DNA of 63,900 nucleotides, the filler included, from Hausera hauseri (Eukaryota): NCBI GenBank assembly GCA_046269625.1. It is 12 parts of 12 records of this genome, joined end to end, with 100 filler letters (N's around TTAATTAATTAA, not from the genome) between each part and the next. Parts side by side here need not be neighbours in the genome. Positions count along the whole stretch, not along the records: positions 49,265 to 57,575 come from JBJURY010689882.1; positions 57,676 to 63,900 come from JBJURY010123206.1; 10 more parts are not named here. The stretch is one strand, 5' to 3'. The translations under genes were made by a program, and so were the position numbers. Every line of letters starts with the position of its first letter. Position 1 is the first letter of the stretch. Under the pieces are notes generated by a model that was given only the letters and a program-made list of their open reading frames with translations, did not search any database and had not been told where the DNA came from. Below, piece by piece: positions 50,280 to 62,913 of this stretch.

Positions 50280-50780
50280 TCGGAAAAAATGTGGAGTACG
50301 AGCTGACAATTGAGTACAGGTTTCATCATTGAAGATGACTTGTCTCCTATGCTTGTTGAATATTGAATATTCTATGGTTCAATTTTTTCGGTTACTAATA
50401 TGTTCGAGTAAATAGCTGCTTCCTTGCATGACGTCTAGCTGATCGGTTATTTTTGAACGAAACATTGCGTATTGTTCTCGTTGTAACTTGAGGGAGACAG
50501 GGTAAATCTTGTTGGATTTCTCTGGAAGTCAGATGTGGATTCATTTTGCTTTTCCTTATCATTATTTTGTCATGCCCACTAAGTTTTCCTTACGACCACA
50601 TCTCCTTCTTCCGTTTGAAACCATTGTGCCTTCATTTTTGAATTTGTGTATTAACTGTGTCACTGTGTGTTTGGGAATAGACAACCGTCTGTAAATGTCA
50701 TCTCCAGTCAATGCAAATTTATGTAACTCTTTGATTTCAGCTCGTTTTTCAACTGAAGTATCCCTTCTTCACAAAAAGAA
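50280..50780 (-). mobile_element. Tc1-like transposase N-terminal (HTH) remnant
   Basis: RRDTSVEKRAEIKELHK...IYRRLSIPKHTVTQLIHKFKNEG...RRRCGRK paired-like HTH pattern. Confidence 0.55.
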
Positions 50781-51999
50781 CAAGAATAACAAAAACTACT
50801 ACACTTGAACGTAAATAATCTATTACAAAGACAAGAAAAATCAAAATTTAGTACACTGCTTCGATTCATTTCAGTTTAATGCGAGGAGGCCAATGGTAAA
50901 AGAGATGTACCCGAGTTTTATCATGTTTATAAATATTTTTTTCAAAGTGAATTGTTAGTTAAATGTCCAACACCATTATTCAAGTACAAATAGGAATAAT
51001 TTTAAGGTGTTACCCATTTGCAATATATTAATACAAAATAAAGTGAACTATCTATCACATGTTTATAAATTCTATAACAAATTGTAATTGTAATTAGAGT
51101 AATTTCACAACCACCAGTAGACTGAATAACCATACAGTGTGTGTTAACTTGCAAGTTAACTTAAAATCCAAACAGTTGTCATGTTGTTTTTTTACATTGT
51201 AAAGAAAAACGACATTCGTTTCTTGCATTGTGAATTCAGCTTAATTTGAAATGTAGATGCAATATGTTAATTCTAATATTTAACATTTCAATGAAAAAGA
51301 AGGAATATATTCAGTTCTACGGAGTGTCTAAAAATTACGGTGACGCTTTTTTTTAACAATTTTACATAATAACATGTTTAAATCAATCAAAACAACATTC
51401 AAAGTACAAAATGGCCACTATTGATGTGAAATTCTGGGTTGTTCTTCTGATACCAATTGTTATTTTCTTTGTTGTATCCGAATAGTTCCTGAATTGACTT
51501 AGTTTTGAAGAATGAAACCACTATACCAGGGTTTATTGGGAGAGTTAACCCACCCCCAAAAAGGGTCGCATTCCTCCCAATACTGATAGCATAAATCATC
51601 GAGGGGGATTTGATTTTTAACGCCGGTACCATTCCAAATAAATTCTACGGTATAAAAAATCAGCTCTGGTAAAACGAATCGAATAAGTATCGCCAAAATT
51701 TTATTTCCGAAAACAGCGTAAAAATGGAGGTTTAAAATTCTCGAAGCAAAAATCTTTTTGCGAATTGAAACAAAATTTTTCTTTAGGTTTCTTTTCTGTT
51801 TTTTTAAAGAAAAAAATAGGTCGGGTAAATCGGTTGTGCAACACGTCTGCACTCGTCTATTATATACACTGAGCCTGAAATTACTGAAACTACTTTTTTT
51901 ATCTTTTTTGTTAATTGCGAACTTACGATACAACGTGATTCGGGTACAATTTAAAAAAATACAACGGTTAAATTTGTCATGAATTTTTGCAATTGAGCA

Positions 52000-54900
52000 A
52001 ATAATTTAAAGCAAATAAAATATTTTATTTCTTGAGTGAAATTGATTAATTAATTTTTTCTTTTGTCATTGATCTAAAACTAAAACTGAAGCTGAACCAA
52101 TTTCGAACATCTGTCCGAAAGGCACCCAGCCGCCAAACGTTTGTCGTCAGTGATGGCAGCGCCCGCAGCAGCGGTACCACATTACCCCCCCCCCTCTCGT
52201 AGCAAAAAGGCATTATCATAGGGAGCGGGAATGTGAAAAGAAAATCGCGAAAAGAATATGGGTTTGTGTTCTACTCGATTTTTGTGTGTACTATGCGTTG
52301 TACTTTGTCGATATATTGCTCTCTACTGTACTTTCTGTTTTTCTGTGGTGTGTTCATTTGCGGAGATGTACGTAGGGGTGAGAGCTTTGTCGTATTTCTG
52401 GGTTGATTGTTTGGTATTATTTTGGTTGAGGGAAGTGATCGTTGTGAAGAACGATTAATTGAGAAAGAAGTAGGGGAAGAAGGTAAGGAGTGAGAAGTTG
52501 AACATGACGAGTGAGGAGTAGAAAGTGGAGAATGTGAAGTGGAGTTGGAAAATGAGAGAAAGGGAGTAGGAACTGAGACGAGAGAAGCAGAAAGTGATGA
52601 ATGTGAAGTGGTGGATGGGACGTTAGTTGTAGAAGATGAGATGTGAGAGGTAACAGGTAAAGAATTGGAAGTAGGGGTGGAAACATTAGAAAGAAAAGTG
52701 GGAATTGGACCAGATGGTGGTTGATGATTTGTTGATTTAGCAGGGAACGGAGTAGAAACAAAAGAATCGAGAAAAGTGCCAGTGAAATTGGGGTTGTTTT
52801 GTGTATTATGAGGAGAATCATCCACGAAAAAGGCAGGTTTTAAATTGGTGATGTGAACGGTTTGTTCTTTACCGCTTCTAAGAATTGTAGCTGTGTGAGA
52901 CCATAACGAAAGCTGTTTGAATGGCCCAACGTATTGTGGTTGAAAACCACCAGCTGAAGAATTTCGAAACCAAACAAACTTGGCAGTATATGAATCATTT
53001 GGTATGTTTGATTTGTTATTGTTTACTATTTTGCAAAATGAGTCTTTGTTTAGTGACGAAGTCATTTTGGACATTTCGACTTAGTTCGTCTGTTGGTGAT
53101 TCGTCTAGATCAGTTAACTCAAAAAGTGCTGGAATTGGTGTACCAAACAATGCTTCCGCTGGTGCACAACCCGTGGTGGCGGAGGGTATGTTTCGGTAGC
53201 CAAGCAAAACAAGAGGTAGAAGAGTTGTCCAGTTGCTGTGTGATTCAGTTAGGATTTTAAGTGAGGTTTTCATTGTGTGGTGGAATCTTTCTAGAAAACC
53301 TTTCGCTTGGGGATGATATAGGGAGGTGTGTATGTGTTTGATTCCCAAACGATTGACTAAGGATTTAAAGAGGTTTGACTCAAATTGTGGACCTTGATCC
53401 GTGATTATGAAGCGAGGAGAGCCAAATCTGCTGATCCACATTTTGATGAAAACCTCAGCGATAGTGTTTGTCTTGGTGGAACGTAATAGAACGGCTTCTG
53501 GTTATCGAGAAGAACGGTCCGTCATGGTGAGTATGAATTGATGACCGTTGTCTGGACGAAGAGGGCCGACTAGGTCTATATGAACGGATTCAAAACGCGA
53601 CGTACAGGGGAAGTGATATAATGGTGGCTTCAGATGCTTGAGAGTTTTGAATTTTTGACATGCCACGCATTCCTTAACCCACGCCTGTACGTCTGATCTC
53701 ATCGACGGCCATATAACACTACGTTGCAGGAGCCGAAAAGTTGCTTTGGCACCCGGATGATGAAGAGAATGTACGTTATGAAATGCAATTTTCTGCAAAG
53801 ATGAAGACAAAATTGGTTTGCGATTACCGGGTTTAGAAGTGTCATAGGCAATGCCGTCAATGATTTGGTGTGATTTAAAGGATTTAAGAATATCCTGCAT
53901 TGATACATTTTGCTGAAGTACTGCTTGTGAGAAAATCGGACTGACTCCAATGATATTAACCGATCTCGACAAAAAATTGGCGACCAAATTGTCAGTGCCT
54001 GAAATATGTGCCATTTTAAAATTGAATGTCGACAAGTACGATATGTGACGTTCTTGTCGAGGTGAAGGAGTTTTCATATCCATGATGTGAATAAGAGGTT
54101 TGTAGTCAGTTTGGATTGTAAAGGACCTGGCAATTAACAAATGCGAGAAGTATTTTAAAGCTAATACTATCGCTAAGAGCTCTCTATCCAAGGTTGAATA
54201 ACGACTTTCTGGTGATGTAAGTTTCCGAGAATAAAATTCCAGAGGCTCGTTAACGCCAATAGAAATTTGATGCAGTATTGCGCCGACTGCTGTGGTAGAG
54301 GCATCTCTGGTTAATATTAGCTATGCGTCAGATTTGGGTTACGCTAGAATTTCTACAGTTTTTAAACTTTCACGTAAATGGTCAAACTGGTTGACACGTT
54401 CGGAAGTCCAGTGAATTAGTTGTTTCTTCTTTCCAGACGATAAAGAAGCAAAAGGTGCGGTTAACTCAGAGCAATGTGGCACATATTTGTGAACAAAGTG
54501 GAGTGTGCCAAGAAAAGAGCGCATTTTAGTTGTTGTTTGCGGCAATTGGATGTTCTTAAGCTGAGTTATGCGGTCTTGCTGAGGAGAGTGGCCAAATTTG
54601 GTGATAACATGACCAAGGAAATGGATTTTGTGTTGGAAAAATGGAACACTTGGCGAAATTTACTTCTAAATTATTTTGGTGGAGGCATTGAAAAACTATG
54701 CGTAAGTGCTCAGAATGTTGTTTGGGCGATGACAAAACGATGAGAATATCATCTATGTAAGGAAATGCAAAGTTTAGACCAGCGAGAATCATGTCTATGT
54801 GCCTTTGAAATGTTTGAGAGACACTACGTAGACCAAACGGCATGAAAACATACTCAAAAAGGCCGAAAGGTGTTGTCACAATTGTTTTTGGTATGTCAGC

Positions 54901-57575
54901 ATGTGAAACAGGAATCTGATGGTAGGCTTTATAAAGATCGATGGATGAAAATATGGTGTTGCCATTGAGTCTGTGTAGGATATCGCTGATGAGCGGTAGT
55001 GGATATGCGTCCATTACCGTAATGGTGTTCAATTGGCGATAATCGCCACAGGGCCTAAAGGTACCGTCCTTCTTGGGTACTACGTGTAGATGTAAGGCCC
55101 AATGTGACTTTGATCTTCTTATAATTCCTGTTTTTTCTAATTCATTGAACTCCGATTCCATAGCTTTACGTCTGCGTGGAGAAAGTGGCTAACCTTCTGC
55201 TTAACTGGTCTCTGGTGTTCAGTGACGATGTGATGGTACATCATAGAAGCAGGCTTGAAATTTGGGTCTTTCTTCAATGTTCTAGGACAAGAAATTGTGA
55301 TGTAGTCACGAAGAGCTGTATCTAGTTGCATTAATGGTGAGGTGAGATGAGAGGTTGTGTCGGTGTTGGCAACTATTTGTGTTGTTACTGTATGAATGGA
55401 GGCGTTACAATCGGAGTTATCAACAGTCAATTTATCTGATATGATAAAAAATTTCTTTAATATAGATTTCGGCGCTACATCCAACTGCGCAACAAGTGGT
55501 GCAACATTTTGTGCTCTTCTATGATTGATTGTACTTTTAATCACACGGTGCTGCCTGCAATAAACTAATAAGTTGTAGTGCAATAAAAAATCAGACCCTA
55601 AAATTGATGTTTTAATATCTGCAACAATGAACTTCCATTGAAAAACATCAGAAAAATGTGGCAGGGTGAAAGACATTTCTGCGGCACCAAAGATAAGTAA
55701 TGCTTGGCCATTTGCGGTGAAAGGTTTAGTAGACGTAGGGAGCATTTTTAGTGATGTGAAAGATGAAGGTAGTAATGAAACAGCTGCACCGGAATCGATC
55801 ATGAATTTGGTGTGATAAGGAAAAGATGTGAGTGCAGCATCTAATAAGAAAACGCTATTGGTAGAGGTACGGCAGTCAAAACGGAAAGAATGGCCTTTGC
55901 CAGAATTTGCCGTGGTTTCTGGCGGCTTTAGGCGTTTATTTAAATAGATGAAGATGTTGGAGTTTTCTTAGTGTAAAATTTGCATCCGAATAAGCAGCGT
56001 TCTGCATTGTCTTTAAACTTATTGTGATAGATGCAGACCGCATCATCTGACTGGAAACCTTGTGTATGGAACTAGCAGCCTATACAGCATTTTTTGGCAT
56101 TTCGATTGAATTTGGTGTGATAATGGCGCACCATTTGACGCGAAGGTGACTGGGCGTGCCTAGAGTTTGCAGACGATTGTCTGCTTCGATCCGCTATAAA
56201 ACGACTGCGACGCGGTAGAGCCAAAGCGTCAATTTTGCTAGAGATGGCCGATATGGCTTGATGTAGTGCCGCATTTTCGGCTTGCAGATTTTGAATTTGA
56301 CAGACTCTACTGTTCTCATTGTTTGGTGAGTTTACTGATTGTAGATGTGCAACTATTGGTGGTGATTACGTTGCTTGCGGAGCTGAAATCGATTTATGTG
56401 TATTATTGTTATGACAAATTTCGTAACTTTTGTCCGCAAGTTGCGCCAGTTTGTTGAGCGACGTAGTGTCCTTTACAACAGTAAGGAGTACACGGATTTG
56501 GATTGGCAGGGATGATAAAAAATAACGTCGAAGAAGATTTGCGTTATTTTGTTGGTTTATTCCTAGTGAGTTTAGTTGTGAAAGTGAGGTGCGAAGAAAT
56601 TCAGAGGGCTTTTGCTGGCCAAGAGCGTTTTCGTTGAAGTATTTTTGTATTATTGAGTTTAATGAAGGCTCGGTTGATTTAGTTACGGAGTCAAGTAGTG
56701 ATTTGTATGGATCAGCATAATTAAAAATGTCAGAAACTTTAGTTATGCCGGATTTGATATTAGGTGGCAGATGAAGAAGTAGACTGTTGGCCTTTTGAAA
56801 CAAATCAGTGATTTTATGTGAGGTTAGCCACTTTGTGTGGAAGTCTAGCCATGTTCTGCAAGAGTTTTGACTATCGAAGAAAAAATCAACACATTGAAAA
56901 TGTGAGAAAGAAGATGGAGTTGGAGAAACAAAAGTTATGTTTGGGGATTGTTTTATGTCCTCAGAGTTGGGGTCAGAACCACCACGAAGTTTAGGAATTA
57001 GATGAAGCGAGAGAGATGAAGAATGTGGTTGAAAAGGGCATAGCAGATCGTCGGGGTGAATAATGAGTCCATTTAGAAATAGAGAGAAACGAGAAAAATG
57101 GACGTCATTGCGGATTGAGGTGTATATATGTTGACCTAATGTTTTGTGATTTCCGATGTGTGTATGAATATGTCTATTTAAAAAAAAGATGAAAATAGTA
57201 AAGGAATTGATCAGTAAGCTTGGGGTACAGTGCGCCGTAACGAGCGCGGGCGCACCAAGACTTCCAGCGAGGCAACACTCGGGCCCCACAACAGGTACGC
57301 CACGAGTCCAGACAGCCACCCGACAACTTCCGATCGGTCGGAACTCGTGTTTATATAAATTTTTCGCCAATGGATTTTTTAGTGACATCTTTAACTTGGA
57401 CTTCCTATTATACTTTAATAAACTCTTGTATAAATGAATATTTTCTGGAAAACGACTCAAAAAATAACATGTGGTTGAATGAATGCTTGAAAATAACGTG
57501 TAGAAGATATTCTGGGAGTTTTGACTTTGGAGACCATCGCTATATAACGGAAGCAAAATTAGAACTTTGAGCATA
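52000..57575 (-). mobile_element. Family A copy 5, most complete: leader-UBL-gag-PR-RT-RH-IN-tail-PPT-3' LTR (LTR starts 52181, far end uncertain)
   Basis: All domains in Ty3/gypsy order: IDSGAAVSLLP, CGDYRQLN, PYIDDIL, DRELLAI, H..HHPG / CVAC, ITDQGPQFES, YVGPFK; G-run PPT at 52184-52197. Confidence 0.95.
56366..57574 (-). CDS. gag: Open frame: leader - UBL (56978-57202) - Gag capsid; frame open essentially to the contig end
   Basis: FTIFIFFLNRHI...FSLFLNG...SLSLHLIPKLRGG followed by Gag LGQQKPSEFLR...LLRRYFLSSLP...LNKLAQLADK (CsRn1-type). Confidence 0.85.
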   Translation of the reverse strand: MLKVLILLPLYSDGLQSQNSQNIFYTLFSSIHSTTCYFLSRFPENIHLYKSLLKYNRKSKLKMSLKNPLAKNLYKHEFRPIGSCRVAVWTRGVPVVGPECCLAGSLGAPALVTAHCTPSLLINSFTIFIFFLNRHIHTHIGNHKTLGQHIYTSIRNDVHFSRFSLFLNGLIIHPDDLLCPFQPHSSSLSLHLIPKLRGGSDPNSEDIKQSPNITFVSPTPSSFSHFQCVDFFFDSQNSCRTWLDFHTKWLTSHKITDLFQKANSLLLHLPPNIKSGITKVSDIFNYADPYKSLLDSVTKSTEPSLNSIIQKYFNENALGQQKPSEFLRTSLSQLNSLGINQQNNANLLRRYFLSSLPIQIRVLLTVVKDTTSLNKLAQLADKSYEICHNNNTHKSISAPQAT

Positions 57576-57675
57576 NNNNNNNNNNNNNNNNNNNNNNNNN
57601 NNNNNNNNNNNNNNNNNNNTTAATTAATTAANNNNNNNNNNNNNNNNNNNNNNNNNNNNNNNNNNNNNNNNNNNN

Positions 57676-59705
57676 CGTTGGATTATTGGCTCTACCCTTT
57701 AAAGTCATAACGGCCTTATGGTCAGTTACAATTATGATCCTCTGCCCGTAAACATAAACGTTAGAATGTCTAAGTGCTTCCTTTACTGCTAGAGTCTCTA
57801 ATTCCGTAACAGAATAATTTTTCTCAGTCTTTTTCAAGGAACGTCCTCCATAAGCAATCGGATGTTCTAATTCTTCATCTTCTCTTTTCTACGCTAATTC
57901 GTATCCGATACCTTCTTTACTGGCGTCTGTCTTGATTATAAATGGTAACTTAAAATCTGGGTATCGTAAAACAGGTTCGCTTGTTAGTATTTCCTTCATT
58001 TCATCAAAAGCTTTCTGTTCGACGTCTGTCCATTTCCATTTAATCCCTTTTTTAAGCAGACGATATAGAGGTGCATTAATTTTTGAATTATCTGGTGCGT
58101 AGGTTGCGTAGTATCCGCAAAGCCCTAGCCAGTGTCTTAGTTCTTTCTGATTTTGCGGTTCCATGCAGTCGGATATTTTATTCAAGAGTGATCTATCTGG
58201 TTTCGATCCTCCTTCTCCAACTATATGGCCCAGGTAGGATACGGCATTTTGGGCCCATTTGCATTTCTTTGGATTTAATTTTAACCCGGCCTGTTCCAGT
58301 CTCATTAGTGTGTGCTCGATATCTTTTAAGTGTTCCTCTTCAGTTCTAGACGCTATCATTACGTCTTCCAGGTACGCGAAAGCATGGTCCAATCCCATTA
58401 GCATTTTGTTCATCATTCTCGTAAATATGGCTGGCCCAGTAGTAATACCGAACGGCATGACGTTAAATTCGTAAACACCGTCGTGTGTCTTGAACGCCGT
58501 TTTATAGCGATCTTCGTCTTCTATTTCCACTTGCCAATATCCGGATTGTAGGTCCAGAGTAGTAAACCATTTTGCTCCTGAGAGTCTGTCTAAGGCTTCT
58601 TTCACAGATGGTAAGGGGAAAGAGTCTTTCATCATAAGATTATTTAGAGCCCTGTAGTCGATACAGAACCGGTGCTTCGTAGTGCCTTTCTTTTTCACCA
58701 TGAGGATAGGCGAGTACCAAGATCGGTAACTGGACCTAATTATATCCGCCTTCAGCATCCGTTCGACTTCTTTTGTTATCTCCGGTCTTAACGAATGTGG
58801 TGGAGTGTACCATTTCGGCATTTTCTGATCTTCTAAATCTATTTCTTCATTTGAACCAGTTTTCTTCTTGAGCGAAATAGTTAATTTTAGTGCTATTGCT
58901 CTACCAATATCCTCTTCATCCTTAGCAATAATAGATTCATAAGGGCATAATAATTCATAAAATTGACAGTAAGACTCCGGTGAAAACTTGGTGTCGACGT
59001 GCGGTGGAAATTCGGCACATTTATAAGGTTTTTCTTCGATAGTTATCGAGGATACTCTATATGTATCGCCCAGATTGGTGTAAGCATGGAGTTTGAAGGG
59101 AGTCGGTGCATTGTTCGCTATTCGCATCGGTATGCGACCGGAGTGTACTCTCGTAAGTACGTTACTAAGTGTTATATTCGGATTTAACGTTTCATTTGGT
59201 TCAAAATATACTGGCTAATCGTCGTCTTGCTGGATTTGTGCGTAAATTATTATTTCTGTTCTTGGTGGGATATTCTCGTCTACTGGTATCCATACTTCTC
59301 CAAACTTTCTATCCTTAGCGTTTTTTACGCCTTTTTTAATCTAGTTCCGATTAACTTCCCTGTTTGTAAGTCAATCGCTATATTCGGTAGCCTTTTTAAT
59401 AAATCGCATCCTAGGACAACGTCATCGGTTAGATGTTCCATGATTGCAAATTCGTGTCGAAATGTCTGTCCAACTAACTGGACTTCCGGATTCCATTTAA
59501 ACATTGGTTTTGACATTTGACCAAAAGCTCCTGTACTACCTGGATCTTCCGTAGATGGGAGGTATAAGTGTCCTCTTAGCGTTTGAGGTATTGAGTCATT
59601 TTTGAGGTAAGATATCTCGGATCCTGTATCGATTAATGCATAAAGTTCCCAATTCTCAATAATAATTTTGACGAAAGGCCTTCTTCGATCACGGTTCCAG
59701 AACAA
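57676..59705 (-). pseudogene. pol: Family B Pol (PR-RT-RH)
   Basis: ORFs 59325-59705, 57889-59127 and 57676-57837. Confidence 0.92.
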
Positions 59706-62193
59706 TTCGTTGCTGCCCTTAAACGTCTAGTAGCCGATATTCTGTATCCGTTTATTGTTACTTCTGGGGCGGATACTGTTTGTTCCGATAAGTGTCTTAA
59801 TTCTCCGTTCGGATATAATTCATTATTTCCTACCTGAAATTCTTCCATTTCATGAGTACTAATTAGAGGTTCCCGATTATTAGTATGTAATTCAGTATGT
59901 TGGAAGGTTTTAAATCTTGAGTTATCCCAAACTGTCGATCTAGTTTCGATATTCTTCGTTTCTCTTGGTGAGTATATCATTTTAGGGTCCTCCGCGGATT
60001 GGCGGTAACACATTTTCCTTAAAATTCCATATCGTTTTGTTCCTTCATAGGGATCCTTTACATTAATTGTCCTTTTATAAATTTCTGTCTGATATGAGCT
60101 CATGGACCGTTTGTCACAATCATCGTAGAATGGAGCGGTAGGGGGTAGCATAGGCAATGGTGCTTTAACGACAGAGTACATCTTATGTCTACCTATTCCC
60201 GGAAGTGCTTCTCCTCCCTTAGGCTCGTCATCATCGGAGTTTTTCCTTCGTGTAACGGTTTTTACAGATTTTCGTTTCCGTAGGAATATCGGTCTTCCTC
60301 TTCGTTTACGATTATAGTAACCGACGTGGCGTTCTACGCCCGATTTCCATCTACTCTTTTCGTATGCTTTCAGGAATTTTCCACAAGGCGTTATGATCGC
60401 GGTCAATATCTTACAAGAAAATCCAGTTAGTGTGAATATTTCGTATCCGTTTATTACAGCTTGGATGACTGCCTTAATCATTTGGATCAGAAAATATATC
60501 GCCAAAAATCCTGATGCGGCCTGTCCGAATATCAAAAATCTTCCCCAAATTTTGTAGAGTATTTCTGTTGTTACTCTCTTATAGTGATTTACGCCAAGTA
60601 ATGATTCCCATTTAGCCTGATATCTGGTGTCGTCTACTACAGATGCCATTGCTCCATTTAGCTCATGTGTTCGTTACCGTGGAAAAGCGAGGAATTGTCT
60701 GAAAGCCTCGATTTCCTTTGGCCTGTATATGTACCTTTCGTTGAGGTGTCCTGAAATTTGTCATCTGTAATCCCTTTTGCTAGATTTGTTCCTGTCAACT
60801 TGTTGGGAGCGGTAGTAATGCCTCCATTAGGTAGACTAACCCAGTCGGTTTCGCTGCATCTAAACATTGGCTCTCCTAAGCTCGCTTTACAATCCTTAAG
60901 AAGGGTCGGTTGTGTCGCATTGTCTAATAACACTCTCGTCAATGGCGTAGCTAATCTTGGAATATTTTGATAAATAACGGGAAGCTCTTGGATGCAACGT
61001 TTTTCTTCTACGTTGATAGGTACTTCTCTCTTTTCGCATTCATAGGTTAGCAGTACTTCGCCCGTAACTCGACCGAAAATTCCTTCTCTCATGGGAATTA
61101 TTGGGGAAGCCAATTCTGGGTTTGCATATATAAGAGCCATTTTGGTTCTCATAACTTCCGTATCTAGTTTACAGTCATTCATTATCATCTTGTGATATAA
61201 TTCTGTTATTCCGACTTGTCCTTTATAATAGAAGTAATCGTCTCTGTTTTTCAGATAATCTTCAATCCGAACATCCTGCGTTTCCAATTTGTAAGTTCTT
61301 GCGTTTATCTCTGTTTCGGCCACAAAGAACGCTTCATAGTTTGTAGCGAACATTACTACATCGCAGCGAGTCATCATTTCTTTTTTTATAAATTTTAATC
61401 CATGCGGGTCTGAGATTAATATAGTCGGTGTATGGTGTTCCGATACATCTTTGCGTGTCCTTGTGTTAGTTTCTGATTTATCTACATATCTTTTCCCTGT
61501 AGTTTCGTTAAATTTGAGTTCTTTAATTTTAATAAAATTACAATTTCTTCCTGAAGGAGGTTCCCATATTACAATCGAGCTCCTAAAAGCACAGGTTCCG
61601 TCTTGTAAGTGACATTTTTGATTCTCAGTGTATAACTTAGTGACGCTATGGAACATTACCTTTTGTGACCGAATTTCTGATTCGTAGAAATCTACAACCA
61701 CAACGTTTGATTCTAACCCTTTTCCAGTGTCGTATTCTGCTCCATTACAGTGTCAGCTATGCATATCTAGACTTCCAGCTACTACTTTGTATGCCCTAAT
61801 TATTTTTCCGGATTGCATTTCTAATTGCATACTATCCCATTGTATTCTTCCAGTTTCCTTAGCTTGTTTGCAATGTTGACGTTATAAGTTCATTGGGATT
61901 AATGGAGTTGTTGGTTTAATTATAGATGAATGTCCATGAATTAACCCACAGTGAAAAATACTACGTGATCGTTTCAGCACACATTTCACTCCATCCAACG
62001 ATATCAGTTCTTGTTGTTGATATAGGAAGTAACTTTTCTCTCTTGTTTTTAGTTTGTGCGGTATGGCACCCTCGCATACTTCTACATCCATTAAGGAATA
62101 TCTCTGTCCTAACTTAAACTTTTCGCAATCATATACGGTTACCGCACTTATATGCTTTATTAGCATTAATAAGGTAAGCAAGCTAATTAGCCA
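59633..62193 (-). pseudogene. env: Chuvirus-type (class III-like) envelope glycoprotein with signal peptide, TM region and long cytoplasmic tail, upstream of protease
   Basis: Signal WLISLLTLLMLIKHISA (62193-62143); VYDC..YSLMDVEVC..YQQ..KCVLKR..FHCGLIHGHSS; HCNGAEY; FGRVTGEVLLTYEC; CIQELPV; TPLTRVL; KIWGRFLIFGQAASGFLAIY..IKAVIQAVINGY.. These follow the recalled chuviral G pattern. Two stops and one frameshift. Confidence 0.8.
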
Positions 62194-62913
62194 ATTTGAT
62201 TCATTTTTCCGACCTCCAACGTCTAATGTCGTCAGGTTGCGCAACATCTCATCGGGTTTGTTATTGTTTCGTTTGTCTTTTTCTTTGTCAAGTAGTTTTG
62301 TCCAATTTACTTCGCAAGGCATTCTTCTTGCTGCTTTTCGTGCTAAGCTTATAGCCCGATTAATTTCATTTTCTCGGTTGGGGTTTATTTTAATAGTTAA
62401 GTATAGTACTACCTTCCTCAATTCCTCATTCGTATTTTCTACCATAATCTTTTCGATTACCGTTTCTTCAGTTAAATTGCTTTTCGATAGTTTGAAACGT
62501 GAACTCCGCATCGCTTTGGCTGCATCGAAAATTATCTTTTCTTTATCATCTAAAACGTCTCCTCGAAAACTAGAATAATTCACAATTCGTATTAAATTTT
62601 TCATCAACTCACTTAATTCCTCATTTTCGGTGTTAAGGGTCGGAATCGACATCTGCCTCAATTCCTTAATTAGCTCTCCGTTGTAATCCACTTCTTCTCG
62701 CACCTTCCTAGGTCTGCCTACTGGACGTTTTGGTCTTGGGCCTTTAGGGGTTGCTTCGCTTAGCGGTACCAAATTTATGTCGTACTGTGCTTTATCTTCG
62801 TCCGTTTGTAGATACTCAAAATATAGTGCGGCGTCTCGGACTCCCATGATTTGTCCTACGCATTGTTCTGTTTCGGTTTTACGTACAGCTTCTTCTTTCG
62901 TCTGTTCGTTCGC

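Noticed and set aside
59060-59325. dUTPase-like insert between PR and RT (MRIANNAPTPFKL)
   Set aside because: A similar beta-rich spacer is common in Ty3/gypsy Pol and no dUTPase catalytic motifs are visible.
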